From Mobula hypostoma (taxonomy: Eukaryota): a DNA stretch of 64,000 bases. Made by a program: the position numbers and the translations under genes. The notes beneath the pieces were generated by a model. The model worked only from the letters and a program-made list of their open reading frames with translations. It had not been told where the DNA came from and ran no database searches. Below, piece after piece: positions 37,845 through 49,220 of this stretch. The first letter of the stretch is position 1. Every line of letters begins with the position of its first letter. The stretch is taken from NCBI RefSeq assembly GCF_963921235.1, contig NC_086108.1, positions 66,218,001-66,282,000 on the forward strand, written 5' to 3'.

Positions 37845-38464
37845 AGGGAACCATTAAGGAAGAGATTGAATGGCAGTTGGATTCAGATGGGGGATGGGTG
37901 GGAGGTTAAAAACTGTGTGCAGGAAGTGTGGTGTGAAGAGAGCCGATAGAGCCAATAGAGGGAAGGGGACAAAGGTAAGTGAAAGAGGGCTGAGAGAGCT
38001 TGAGGAAGGGGATACAAATGAGAGCACCAAAAGGTCAAAAAGCTTGGTGGAGGGCTGGAGGGAAAGGCAAAAAAAGCAAGGTGGGGGCTATCTAAAATCG
38101 GAAAACTCAATATTCATGGCATTGGGCTGTAGACTACCCAGGTGGAATATAAGCTGTTGCTCCTTCAGTTTGAGCGGGACTTCTCCTGTCCATGGATAGA
38201 CAGGTCAGTGTGGGAATGGGGAAAGGATTCAAAATGGTCTGCAACTGGCAGCTCGGGATGGCCGATGCAGACAGAATGTAGGTGTTCTATGTGTGATCTC
38301 TGACTCTGATGTAGCGGAGGCTATGTCAGGAGTACACAATGCTGTAGATGAGGTTGGAGGAGATCTATGTGAACCTTTGCCTCACCTGGAAGAAACATTT
38401 AGGTCTGTGAGAGGTGGTGAGGGAAAAAGTGTAAGAACAAGTGTTATAACAACCACAATATATC

Positions 38465-38905
38465 ATGGAAGCTAGTCTTCTTTTTATGGACATTTCTACA
38501 ACTTTTGCTGCCTCTGTATCTGTAAAGCAGCCAACATAATCAAACACCCTTCCCATCCAAAGCATTCTCTCTTCTCCCTTTCCTTTTGTGCAGAAGATAT
38601 AAAAGCCTGAAGGCATGGACCACCATGCTCAAGGACAGCTTCAATCCTGCTGTTACAAGACTATGGACAGTTCCCTAGTATGATAAGATGAACTCTTGAC
38701 CTTACAATCTACTTCGTTAGCGCTTTGCACCTTATTGTCTACTGTGCTGCAATTTCTCTGTAACTGCAACTCTTTATTTTGTACTCTGCTAGTTTTTTTT
38801 TTACCTTGTGCTACCTCAATGATTTGATCTGTGTGAACGGTATGCAAGACAAGTTTTTCCACTGTAACTCAGTACATGTGACAATAATAAACCAATTTAC
38901 CAATT
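38465..38905 (+). mobile_element. Rex1/Babar-like LINE 3' fragment
   Basis: gcagccaacataatcaa, ctcaaggacagcttcaatcctgctgttacaagact (LKDSF), tail gacaataataaaccaatttaccaat. Confidence 0.8.
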
Positions 38906-40906
38906 TAGTGAAAGGACTCCCACAATGCTGTTGGTAGTATTCCCATCTGCCTGCTGCTCTTGACCTTTTTGATATTAGAGCCTGCAGGTTTGGAAAATTC
39001 TGTCAGAATTGCCAGGGCAAGAGGCCCAGTGAATATTTTAAATGAAAAACATTAAGGACATTAAATTAGTGCAGGTTTTGAATAATCAGGCTGGTGAATC
39101 GGGGTTCCAATCAAGCGATCTACTTTGTCCTGGGTGGTGTTGAGTTTCTTCAGTGTTTTTGGAGTTACATTCATCTAGGCGAATGGGAAATATTCCATTA
39201 CAGTCACAGCCTGTGCCTGTTGAATGGTGGGTAGTGTTTGAGGTGAATGACTTGCCACAGATACCCAACAACTGACTTGCTTTTGTAGCCACAGTGTTAA
39301 ATCCAATCAAATAAATAATTAATGTCTGCTCAGCGGCTTGATGCTTTGATTACCACTCGCGATCACGTAAGAGTGAATGCCTAGTAAAATGAAATGTTAA
39401 TACCTATCAATTACTCACATCTGAAACATCAATTTAATTCTTCCTTATATCATTCTCCATTAAGTGCCTCAATTATTTTCCTTGGCAGTCTAATCACATA
39501 GTCACCCCAAATTTGCTAATTTCTGCAGACTCAAAGATTCATTTCCATCCATTCCATTCCAAGGGTGATTCTGTAGTCAATGATTCTAGAACTTGCAGCA
39601 ATCTGAAGCATACTACCAAAGATCCTTTTGTAAAAAGCTTGCAGGTGTGTATAATACTTGATCGGAGCTTCTTGCCTTTCAGAATAAGTGAGTCCAATGT
39701 CTTCAACCTCCAAGGAGAGTTGCAATTATTTAAGCTTGGTGCAGGTTTGATAGGCTTTTTCTGGTCTGATTTGAACAATTAATCAATTCTTAGCATTATA
39801 TATCTTGAGCAGACTGTGTATGTATGCATGTATATGGTGTATATTTGTGCACAGACAACAATTCAACAGTTTTTATACCTTTTAAGCACATCCTACTGGT
39901 TACCAAAGATGTAACATATGTAGACTCAATCAGATTTAATACAATCTTTGAGACGGTTTTGGTCAAACAGTTCAAAGTTGAACTGCAAAGTTACACTCCA
40001 TCTGTTTTGTGCCACAGGTGAACCCTAATGTGGCTAAAACTACTATCTATCAGAAAGTAAAATAGGAAACAGATGTGTGATGATTACTCATTTACTGTTG
40101 ATGACAAGACCACACTGACGTGACATGTGTAAACATTGGCATTGGTTCTGTTGTAGTATTAATAATGAGTACAAAGCAGACTCCACGATATTAATTTTAA
40201 ATCTAAAAGCGAGGTATCTCTGCAACCCAAGATTGTTTCCCAAGTAGACAAACGAGATCACATCAGTTATTAGCTATTCTATTACATAAACTTAAAATGA
40301 TATGTTTTATTTTAAAAGATTGAGGACCACCCAAGTGTTAAAAATATGATCCAAACCTAATGATTGGATTACAGCCTTAAAATCACAATGGGATTTCAAT
40401 ATTAGTAAAGTATATTATGAAATTTAAGAATAGGATTTATTCAGTTTGTGATTTTTTTATTATTGTTTTATAGACACTGTTGTTGGGACTATTGAAATCA
40501 CATTCAGCAAGAAGCTGTACTTATATTTGATTATCAGAAAAAATGCTTATACTGTTAACCACAACAAAGTATCGGCAATGATAAAAATAAACTTTATTAA
40601 TAAAATGCTTTTAATCTAGGTGGTATTTTGTTCAACAAATCAGAACAGAAGTGTAACCAAGACAAGGTTAGATAGTTCAGAGAAATCAGCCAAGATAATG
40701 CATTTGTCATTTCAGAAGACCCAATAATCACGCCTGACCCCTGACCATAAACAGTCATATACTTTACCAGTAGAGAAAACAAGGCAGCAAACAGAAAAGA
40801 GAACATTGGTGAACATACCATTTCTTAATGCAGAAATGCTAATGTTGATGGTAATTTCTTCCATTCTCTGTATACTGTATTTATTGTAGTTAATTAAGAA
40901 AACTTT

Positions 40907-41160
40907 GAAAAGTATGTCGCATCCGGAATTTTCCAGTTAGCGGGCGATTTCCTTCCACGCTGTTCTGACGTATTGGGAAATCGTGTATGAGGCAAATTAC
41001 AGCAGTGGTTTGCCATTGCCTTCTGCTGGGTGAGTTTTTTTAAGAGATCACCAGCTCCTAACCCAGCACAGATGGAGAGCATGCAAGGGTGCTGGCTGGA
41101 ATCGAACTCGGGATCTTTCGCCCTGAAGTCCAGCGCTGATGCCACTACGCCACCAGCCGG
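40907..41160 (-). mobile_element. Complete tRNA-head / RTE-tail SINE
   Basis: A box TGGCGTAGTGG, B box GAGTTCGATTCC, RTE-type motif gcaatggcaaaccac. TSD ttaagaaaacttt (40894-40906) / ttaagagcacttt (41161-41173). Confidence 0.85.
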
Positions 41161-42915
41161 TTAAGAGCACTTTAGTGTTCTTAAATGTTAATGATCTTCT
41201 AACTTTTCAATTTTTAACACAAAAAAAACTTTTTAAATCAATTTCATATGACCTAAACTCCTTTCAGAACAGAGGTCTTGAAGTCAATCACAGCTCTGTG
41301 GCCCCAAAAGGTTAACGCAGCCACTGGGCAAGAACAGGATAAGCATGTATGGTCAGTGACAGTGAGTATGATTAAGGCCAGTAAAAAATCATGATATCCA
41401 GAGAAATACTGCCAACAATTATGAACAAATATAAACTGCAAGGGAGGAATCAAGCACAATGATTAGGCCTCCTATACAGCTGCCATTTTAAATCTACGTT
41501 GAATATCTGAAATGCCATTTGGGATTCTCCACAGTGTTTCATTACCGTACATTTCTGGAGCCTTAATAGAATCATTAAAGGAATGCCACAGTAGTTCAGT
41601 GGTCAGTACTATTGTCTTAAGACTTCAGGGTTGTGGGTTGATCATGATCTCCAGAGTTTACATATTTCCCCAGACTCTCTAATTTCTTCCCACATGTGCA
41701 AAACAGCCAGGTCTGTGAGCTTTCTTGGTTGCTGTAAATTACCCCTTTTTAGGTGGGTAAAAGGAAGGTAGACTGAAGCTGATGGGAATGCATACGGGAA
41801 GACATATTGATGGGTGGAAAGGCCTGTCTCCATGATCTGTGACACTATTTGAGATATGAGCATGACTCAGTTGTTTCCTGTGTATCTGTTGTCGATATAT
41901 AGCCTCATGAGATGAAACATTTTCACATTCAACACACTATTGCACTTGTTGTATTTGTAGTTTATTTGATATTTTCTTTTTATTTTCTTAAGCCGATATA
42001 TGAGTGCTATTATTGTAATGGTTGTTTTCCATCTACCTTTGGAGATAATTGTATGGGACAATTTGCAATAAGAATCGCTGTGAATGGAATGATGGGTGAT
42101 ACCCTCGTCCAATCACATTATAGACCTGTATTTTAAAATCCAGTTATACCGTAGCAACCGGAACATTGTACTGCTGAACATGTTATTTTTCTAATTCATA
42201 CCACATCACACATCTTGATCACCATGAATCACCTGTGAACGTGGGATATGAGCTTTCCAGTAATTGCCTTTTATATTCCTCACCAATGTAGTAGAGAATT
42301 TTCACAAAATAATAATGCTGATCTTTTATCGCTGATGCCAGCTATAAAATAAAGAAGAATAATGAATGTTTAAACTTGTAATGAAGAACTTTTTTTCAAC
42401 TAATTCCATTACTTACAATTTTACTGAGTGTTTAAGTGGGTTGTGAATGCCATGGGGGGGGGGGTGAGAAGAAATCTAGCTGCTAGTGTTTCAGTGTTGG
42501 CGTACTTTGTACAAAGTAAAATGATATACTTGACGTACACTTATGGATCCATGAATGAACATTGAATTCCACATGTGTTTTTCATAATGGTGCCCTCATT
42601 TTCCCTGTGCAGTCCAACCTATCAAGCAGTATGAAATTTCACAGTTGAAGCATGCAACAATTACAAACTATATTAAATGTTGTGACCTCCATAAAAGATT
42701 AAAAGAGATACGGCTTGAGGACTACCTGGATCTAAAAGTTATTCCAAAATACACCAGTTTTCTAGCCTCAGAAATAACATTTTTGAAATCTTGCTTGCTC
42801 AAAAGTATTTTTCCTCAAACTATTCGTTCTCTTTCCCCCGTTGAAAAGCATTGTTATTGTAACCAAAGTAAACATCAATCCAAATGTAAATAATTTGGAA
42901 AATGTGTAGCTCGGT

Positions 42916-43096
42916 GGTTGATGGTTGGGTTAAGTTGTTCTTTCATCTTGCCAATTTACTTGCAAAAGTCTCATCACTATCCGTGGAGACATCAACAGTT
43001 AATTTTCAGCACACTGATGATGTCTCCTCGCATGGTAACGAAATGTTTGCAAGTAAATTGTCAAGAATGGAAAACAACTCAGCCCTACCATCAACC
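42916..43096. repeat. 83-bp inverted repeat made of two hammerhead-bearing pLTR-like arms of a second family
   Basis: Arms 42916-42998 and 43014-43096 with a 15-nt spacer. Plus arm reads CTGATGA-tgtctcctcgcatggtaac-GAAA-tg-TT-tgca. Confidence 0.75.
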
Positions 43097-43724
43097 CAAA
43101 TTTTTGTTGAGTGTTGATGAGAAGAACAATACTTGTTAAAATTTCACATGTTATTAACTAATGTTTCTGTCAGCAAGTTAGTTTTATGAGAGGGAAATTT
43201 GGGCTCCATCCTTCCCTTATAACCTTTGCAGTAACTGCCTGTTTACCTGAAGAAAGCATGACTCTACGTCAGAGATGGGAGGGAAATCATGACTAAATGC
43301 AATATAGTAATGCAGTGAGTTGAGATGCTGCCTCACAGCTCTATTCATCCATATGTTCTGATTTCCTCCAACATCCCAAGGGAATGCAGGTTTTTAGGTT
43401 AATTTTGCACAGTAAATTGCTTCTTTTGTGTGGGATGTGTGGAAAATAGGTTACGGGATCATTTGGTAGGGAAATGGGCTTACTCTGAGCCAGCATGGTG
43501 TTGATGGGCTAAAATATCTTACTTCTAGGTCAAATGAAAATATAGAAGTTCTCATAGATTACATGGTGTGAGGGTCAAAATGCAAAGCCCCCTATGCAAC
43601 AGGAAATGGAAGGAAGAATTTAAAATTTGTTCCTCAGATTAGCAAAGGATTGGAAGTAGTGCACCATAAAGATTGGCACTGAAGTCCGAGTTGTTCACTA
43701 TTTACACAAATGAAAAATATTATG

Positions 43725-43852
43725 AGTCCTGATGATGGGTTTTGACTCAAGATATTGGCAATTGTTTTCCTTCATGGGATGCTACTCAATCCACTAATTT
43801 CCTCCAGGAGATTGTTGTTCCAGAATCCAGCATCTCTAATCTTGTGTCTCCA
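43725..43852 (+). mobile_element. Decayed solo PLE pLTR
   Basis: agtcctgatgatggg...gggatgctactcaatcc...ttcctccagg...tccagcatct...tcttgtgtctcca. Confidence 0.6.
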
Positions 43853-45629
43853 GAAAACTAGTACAAGATCTTGAAGTCTATATTGGCCTTGAGTTAGTGG
43901 ATATAATGCTGATGAGAATGCAAGTGATTGTCTTTATACACTCTGAAAATGAGAGCATGGTCTACACAGTTAAAAGTGGTATACTAGAAATTGCTACCAA
44001 ATTGCTGTAAAAGCTATTAAAAGTGACACAAATTGCTAAATAGGTTTAATAGTTTTTAGTGACTTGCTGCTGTAATTATCAATGGAATTCAACATGGTTC
44101 TGTAAAACTAACTTAATATATGTACACTTCATTTTCTGAGAATAATTATTTCAAAATACTTTGGATTTTAAAATAATATACTGTAAGTAATACTAGAAGA
44201 CATTTATGCTTTGACCTTAATGTATCTGAATGCATAATTTTGATTTTGATCAGTATAAGGTGAGAATAATTAAAGCTTTTAACCTCTGTTTTGTTGTCAG
44301 ATCTTTTAGACTGATTGTTTGGTCAATCAACTCAATGATTTCACAGCTGTTGGATGCCAGATTTGGCAAAGCAACTTACTCTAGAAAATTGAATCTCCAT
44401 ACAAATCCTCCCCAGGTTACCAATGTACACACAATTGAGCATTTAGGAACTGGTGGGAAGCATTTGCCAACTGTGCAGGACTGCAGGCCCCTTCTGATGT
44501 CTGCAAAGCTTCCAAGTTGCGAACTGTTCAGGTTGCGAAGAGTTCCTTTTGTACCCAGCATAATCTTAGCAGCAACTGTACTGCAGAGGCTATTGAAGAC
44601 TTATGCATAGATTTCTTTGAAGCCAACGATGGGTACTGACCCTTCACAAATGAGTGTGATTTTGAGTTAATATTAAAATAATACTGAAATAATAGAGAAG
44701 GAACAAAACATTTATTAGAGGTTACTGCCTATTTCCATCATAATAATTTTCACCTTTGCCTATCATTAATTATGGTGAAATACTATTACATTCCATTTGT
44801 AGCAATAGAAATGTCCAGAGTCAATGGAGAGTAAGACTGTGCAGGCTATAAAATGGATTTCTATTCAATCACACACATATCTTCCCCAACTGGTTGGACT
44901 AAAATGACCACAGACTACCTTAGAGTTATAGGACACTACTTTAGAGGATCTAACTCTCCAAAGGCAGTTCCCAAAAGTATGATGAACAGCTTTGGGATAT
45001 ATTCCTTATACAATAATACAGAAAAGTACTTTGAAAATATTAACAATATTTTCTTCTTTAATTAATGTTAGATGGTCCAAAACATACCTTCTAGCCCAAC
45101 AATAATAAACTAAATTAATTTTACGGGGCATTTAAAGTTTAGTTCAGATAATTGGTTTCATTTTATGCTTAAACTAATTATGGAATTTATTATTTCCTAA
45201 TAATGGATAATTCTTTGTACATTGCCGCTCATTTAGCTAATTGGGTGGTCTTAAATAGGTTTTGTGGAGAGCTGAAGGCAAAACTGCTTTGTTGTCTTTA
45301 GCTAGATTTAACTTAGTCCAATAAAGTATATATTTTAATTCTTCAGTAGACATTTTATTACCTAATTGGTGTATGTGGTCAGTCAGTAATAAACTTCAGC
45401 TGTGTTTTTAATTTCCATACTTCATATGAAGCATGGATTTCACTGTGAACTCTTTGAAATGAAATAATATGATACTCATGTTGATAAGGAAATACTAATC
45501 AGTCCCAGATCCATCACAAGTGGGATCAGGTATAATTTATTTACATGGCTATTTTTGATTTAGTAAGAAATGCAGCAATATGTATGCAGTTTTTAAGAAG
45601 CGACTGGGTCCTAACTGCAAAACTACTCA

Positions 45630-46144
45630 CAGTGGCCTCTTTATTAGGTACCTCCTGTACTCTTGCTGCTGTGACCCATCCACTTCGAGGTCTGACGTGT
45701 TGTGCATTCAGATATTCTCTTTTGTACACCACTGTTGTAATGCATGGCTATTTGAGTTACTGTCACCTTCTAGTCAGTTTAAACCAGCCTGTCCATTCTC
45801 ATCTGACCTGTTGCGTTAACAAGATGATTCCTGCCCACAAAACTGCTGCTGAGTGGATGTTTTCTGGCTTTTTTTGCACCATTCTTTGCAAACACTAGAG
45901 ACGGCTGTGCATGAAAATCCCTAGAGGTCAATAGATTTTGTGATACTCAAACCACCCCATCTGGCACCAACAATCGATCCATGGTTGAAATCAGTTAGAT
46001 CACATTGTTCCCCAGCTCTGATGGTTGCTCTGAACATCAGATTGCTGCCACATGATTCACAACACGCTGGAGGAACTCAGCCACATGATTGGCTGATTAG
46101 ATACTTGAATTAATGAGCAAGTATATCAAATAAAGTGACCACTG
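45630..46144. mobile_element. Tc1/mariner-like non-autonomous element
   Basis: TIR-like ends cagtggcctctttatt / aataaagtgaccactg. Internal catgattggctgattagata and gaaaatccc...gatactcaaaccac blocks typical of fish Tc1 relics. Confidence 0.7.
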
Positions 46145-46369
46145 TAACCATGCGTACTTCAACAGTAAAATTAAAACCTGGTATTCACTGGGATTGCATT
46201 CTTTAGTGCTTGTTTCACTTAGCATATGGTCTTATAGATGTATTATTTCAAGAGTTTTGAAAGCTATGAGAGAAAGACAGACAACAGCTGAGTAATGAAG
46301 CTGGTATATTTTGTTTTGTAGCTACTTATAAAATAGACTGTTAGGAAAATTCAAAGGTTGTTATCTCCT

Positions 46370-47062
46370 TCTCTCAATTCTTCCGTCTCCGCCTCTCAGG
46401 ATGAGGCTTTTCATTCCAGGACAAAGGAAATGTCTTCCTTTTTTAAAGAAAGGGGCTTCCCTTCCTCCAGCATGAACTCTGCCCTCAAACGCATCTCTCC
46501 CATTTCACGCACATCTGCTCTCACCCCATCCTCCTGCCACCCCATTAGGGATAGGGTTCCCCTTGTCCTCACCTACCACCTCACTAGCCTCCGTGTCCAA
46601 CATATAGTTCTCCGTAACTTCTGCCACCTCCAACGAGATCCCACCACCAAGCACATCTTTCCCTCCCCCCCACTTTCTGCTTTCCGCAGCGATCGCTCCC
46701 TACATGACTCCCTTGTCCATTCCCACCAATTTCCCTCCTGGCACTTATCCTTGTAAGCAGGTGCTACACCTGCCCTTACACTTCCTCCCTCACCACCATT
46801 CAAGGCCCCAGATAGTCCCTCCAGGTGAGACGACACTTTACCTGTGAGGCTGCTGGTGTGATATAGTGTGTCCGGTGTGGCCTTCTATATATTGGTGAGA
46901 CCCGACACAGACTGGGGGACCATTTCACTGAACACCTATGCTCTGTCCGCCAGAGGAAGCAGGATCTCCCAGTGGCCACACATTTTAATTCCAGATCCCA
47001 TTCCCATTCCGATATGTCAGTCCATGGCCTCCTCTACTGTCGAGATGAAGCCACACTGAGGT
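46370..47062 (+). mobile_element. PLE fragment (late ORF and GIY-YIG), 3' end replaced by CR1
   Basis: SFFKERGFPSS...RDRVPLVLTYH...HLQRDPTTKHIF; tatattggtgagacc (YIGET); ATHFNS. Confidence 0.92.
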
Positions 47063-47792
47063 TGGTCCAGATCATTTTGCAAATTTTGATAACCTTCCTC
47101 ACTGCCCACCACAGCCCCAATCTTTGTGTCATCAAAAATTTGCTAAACCCGTTTACCACATCATCCAAATCATTAACATACAAACGTAGATGACGAGCAA
47201 AACAGACCCTGCAACAATCCTTGTGATACATCACTAGTCACAGGCCTCCAGCCAGAGAGACAACCATCTACTAGCATTCACTGGCTTCTCCCACTAATCC
47301 AATGTTGAGTCCAATTTATTACTTCATTCTGAACGACTGAACCTTCTGGACCAGCATCCCAAGCAGAACATTGTTAAAGGCCTTGCTAATAAAGTCCATG
47401 TAGACATTTTGACCACCATTTCTACATCAACCTCCCCTCATAACCTCCTTAAAAAAGTCTATAAAATTAACTAGATGAGAACTGTCATGCACAAAGCCAT
47501 GCTAATTATCCCTAGATGGGCTCTCTCTATCCAAATACCTATTTATACCATCCCTCAGAATTCCTTCAAATAATTTATGCATGATTGACGTCAGACTTAC
47601 CAGCATATAATTTCCAGCTTATTCTTTGAGCCTTTCTTAAATAACAGAACAACATGAACTATTCTCCATTCTTCCAACACTTCACTTTAAGTGTCTGTGC
47701 CATGACCCCTGAAGTTTCTGCAGTAGCCCCCCACAATGCCCAAGCAGACAGCTTGTCAGGTCCTGAGGATTTATCCACCGTCATTTACCTCA

Positions 47793-48128
47793 AGACATGG
47801 TAAAAAAGTTCAAAGTCTCTCGAAAGTCCCACATCTCACGCAGACGGGAGAAGGAAGAAAACTCTCCCTGCCATTCCCGACCACAGTCCGACTCTGAGTC
47901 GTCTGAAAACTTCAAGCTCTGACCAGCCCTCCGACACTGAGCACCGAGCACCAGAAATTCTTGATCGCACAGTTGCAGTGGCAGCGAACTGGGCATTTCA
48001 GAAGTTACTCCAAATGTTCCTTCGTGCTCTCACGGCTGTCTCCATTAAATCAGATTTGTGTACGGCCTCTATTTCACAAATGCGATATCATTTCACCGGA
48101 GAGGCTACACGCACTGCGTCGCGCCACC
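47793..48128 (-). mobile_element. GC-rich non-autonomous retroposon, same family as 63348-63985
   Basis: Shares aaagtctctcgaaa, gaaaactctccctgcca, cacagtccgactc and ccgacactgagcaccgagcacc with the reverse complement of 63400-63790. Confidence 0.8.
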
Positions 48129-48939
48129 ATCTTCTCCTCCCTCCTATTTTTCCCCGCTCTCTTTTTGATCTTAATACTGCTATAGAAGCCCTTGTGATTC
48201 TCTTTCACCTTGTTTGCCAGAGCAATTCCATATCCTCTCTTAATCCTCCTGATTTCACTCTTAAGTGTTCTCTTGCATATCTTATAACCCTCAAGATGCC
48301 TCATTTGAAGCTAACTGCCTATACCTGATATGCGCCTCCTTTTTCTTTACCAGGACATCAATATCCCTCAATAGGCAAGTTCCTGTAAACCTGTTAACCT
48401 TGCCTTTTATTCTAATAGCAACATATAGATTCTGTACTCCTAATAGTTCCCTTTTGATGACCTCCCACTTACCAATCATCTCTGACAGAAAACAACCCAT
48501 TCCAATTTATGCCTGCCTGATTATTTCTGAAGCTGTGAAAGTTGGCCTTCCTGCAGATTAGAATATCAACTCAAAGACCAGTCCTATCCTTTTCCATAAT
48601 TATCCTGAAACTAGTGGCATTATGATCACTAGATCCAAAGTGGTCCCCTGCACTGACTTCTGTCATGTGAACTGTTTTATTACCAGAGAGGAGATCCAGT
48701 ATTGTGCTCTCTCTAATTGGGACCTCTACATATTGATTAAAGAAACTTTCCTGAACACAGTTGGTAAACTCTGTCCCATCCAGTTCTTTTACAGTATGGG
48801 ACTCCAGTCAATACATGGAAAATTAGAATCCCCTATTATTACAACCTTATATTTCTGGCAACTGTCTGCTATCATTCTTCAAATTTGCTCCTCTAAACCT
48901 TGCTGAGCATTGGGAAGTCCACATAGCCCATTAATATTT

Positions 48940-49220
48940 ATCATTCATTCATTCATTATATGCTATGTCATATGACGTGGATGATCATGTTTTTGACCAG
49001 GATTGTTCTTGGCAAATTTTTCTACAGAAGTGGTTTGACATTGCCTTTTTCTGGGCACCATCTTTACAGCCATTCACCACCTGCTCTCGTGGCTTTATGT
49101 GACCCTGATCGAGGGGCTAAGCAGGTTCTACACCTTGCTCAAGGATGACCTGCAGGCTAATGAAGGGAGTAAGCGCCTCATACCTCCTTTGGTAAAGGCC
49201 TATCTCCACCCTGCTACCCA
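48940..49220 (-). mobile_element. RTE-related short retroposon
   Basis: (aatg)n tail and motif gcaatgtcaaaccacttctg. Flanked by attaatat / attaatgt. Confidence 0.7.

Larger units (their letters stand above)
37142..37845 (-). mobile_element. Complete non-coding retroposon (RTE or Ingi/Vingi-type non-autonomous; clade not determined)
   Basis: Exact 11-bp TSD gggaaccatta (37131-37141, 37846-37856). No recognisable protein. Second copy at 10860-11175. Confidence 0.85.
36722..38450 (-). mobile_element. Old PLE 3' fragment interrupted at 37142-37845
   Basis: Minus strand ~38090-38170 encodes LKEQQLIFHLGSLQPNAMNIEFSDFR. GA-rich tract on both sides of the insert; decayed pLTR at ~36722-36812. Confidence 0.8.

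Noticed and set aside
41085..41160. tRNA gene
   Set aside because: A and B boxes belong to a SINE head followed by a body, tail and TSD. The same applies to the heads near 5900 and 54130.
44230..44640. 126-aa ORF and an overlapping second open frame in unique sequence
   Set aside because: No recognisable domain and weak splice signals; consistent with chance.
49080..49220. Possible HDV-like fold at the 5' end of the RTE-related short element
   Set aside because: Only a weak P1-like pairing is visible. I could not assign P2, P3 or J4/2.
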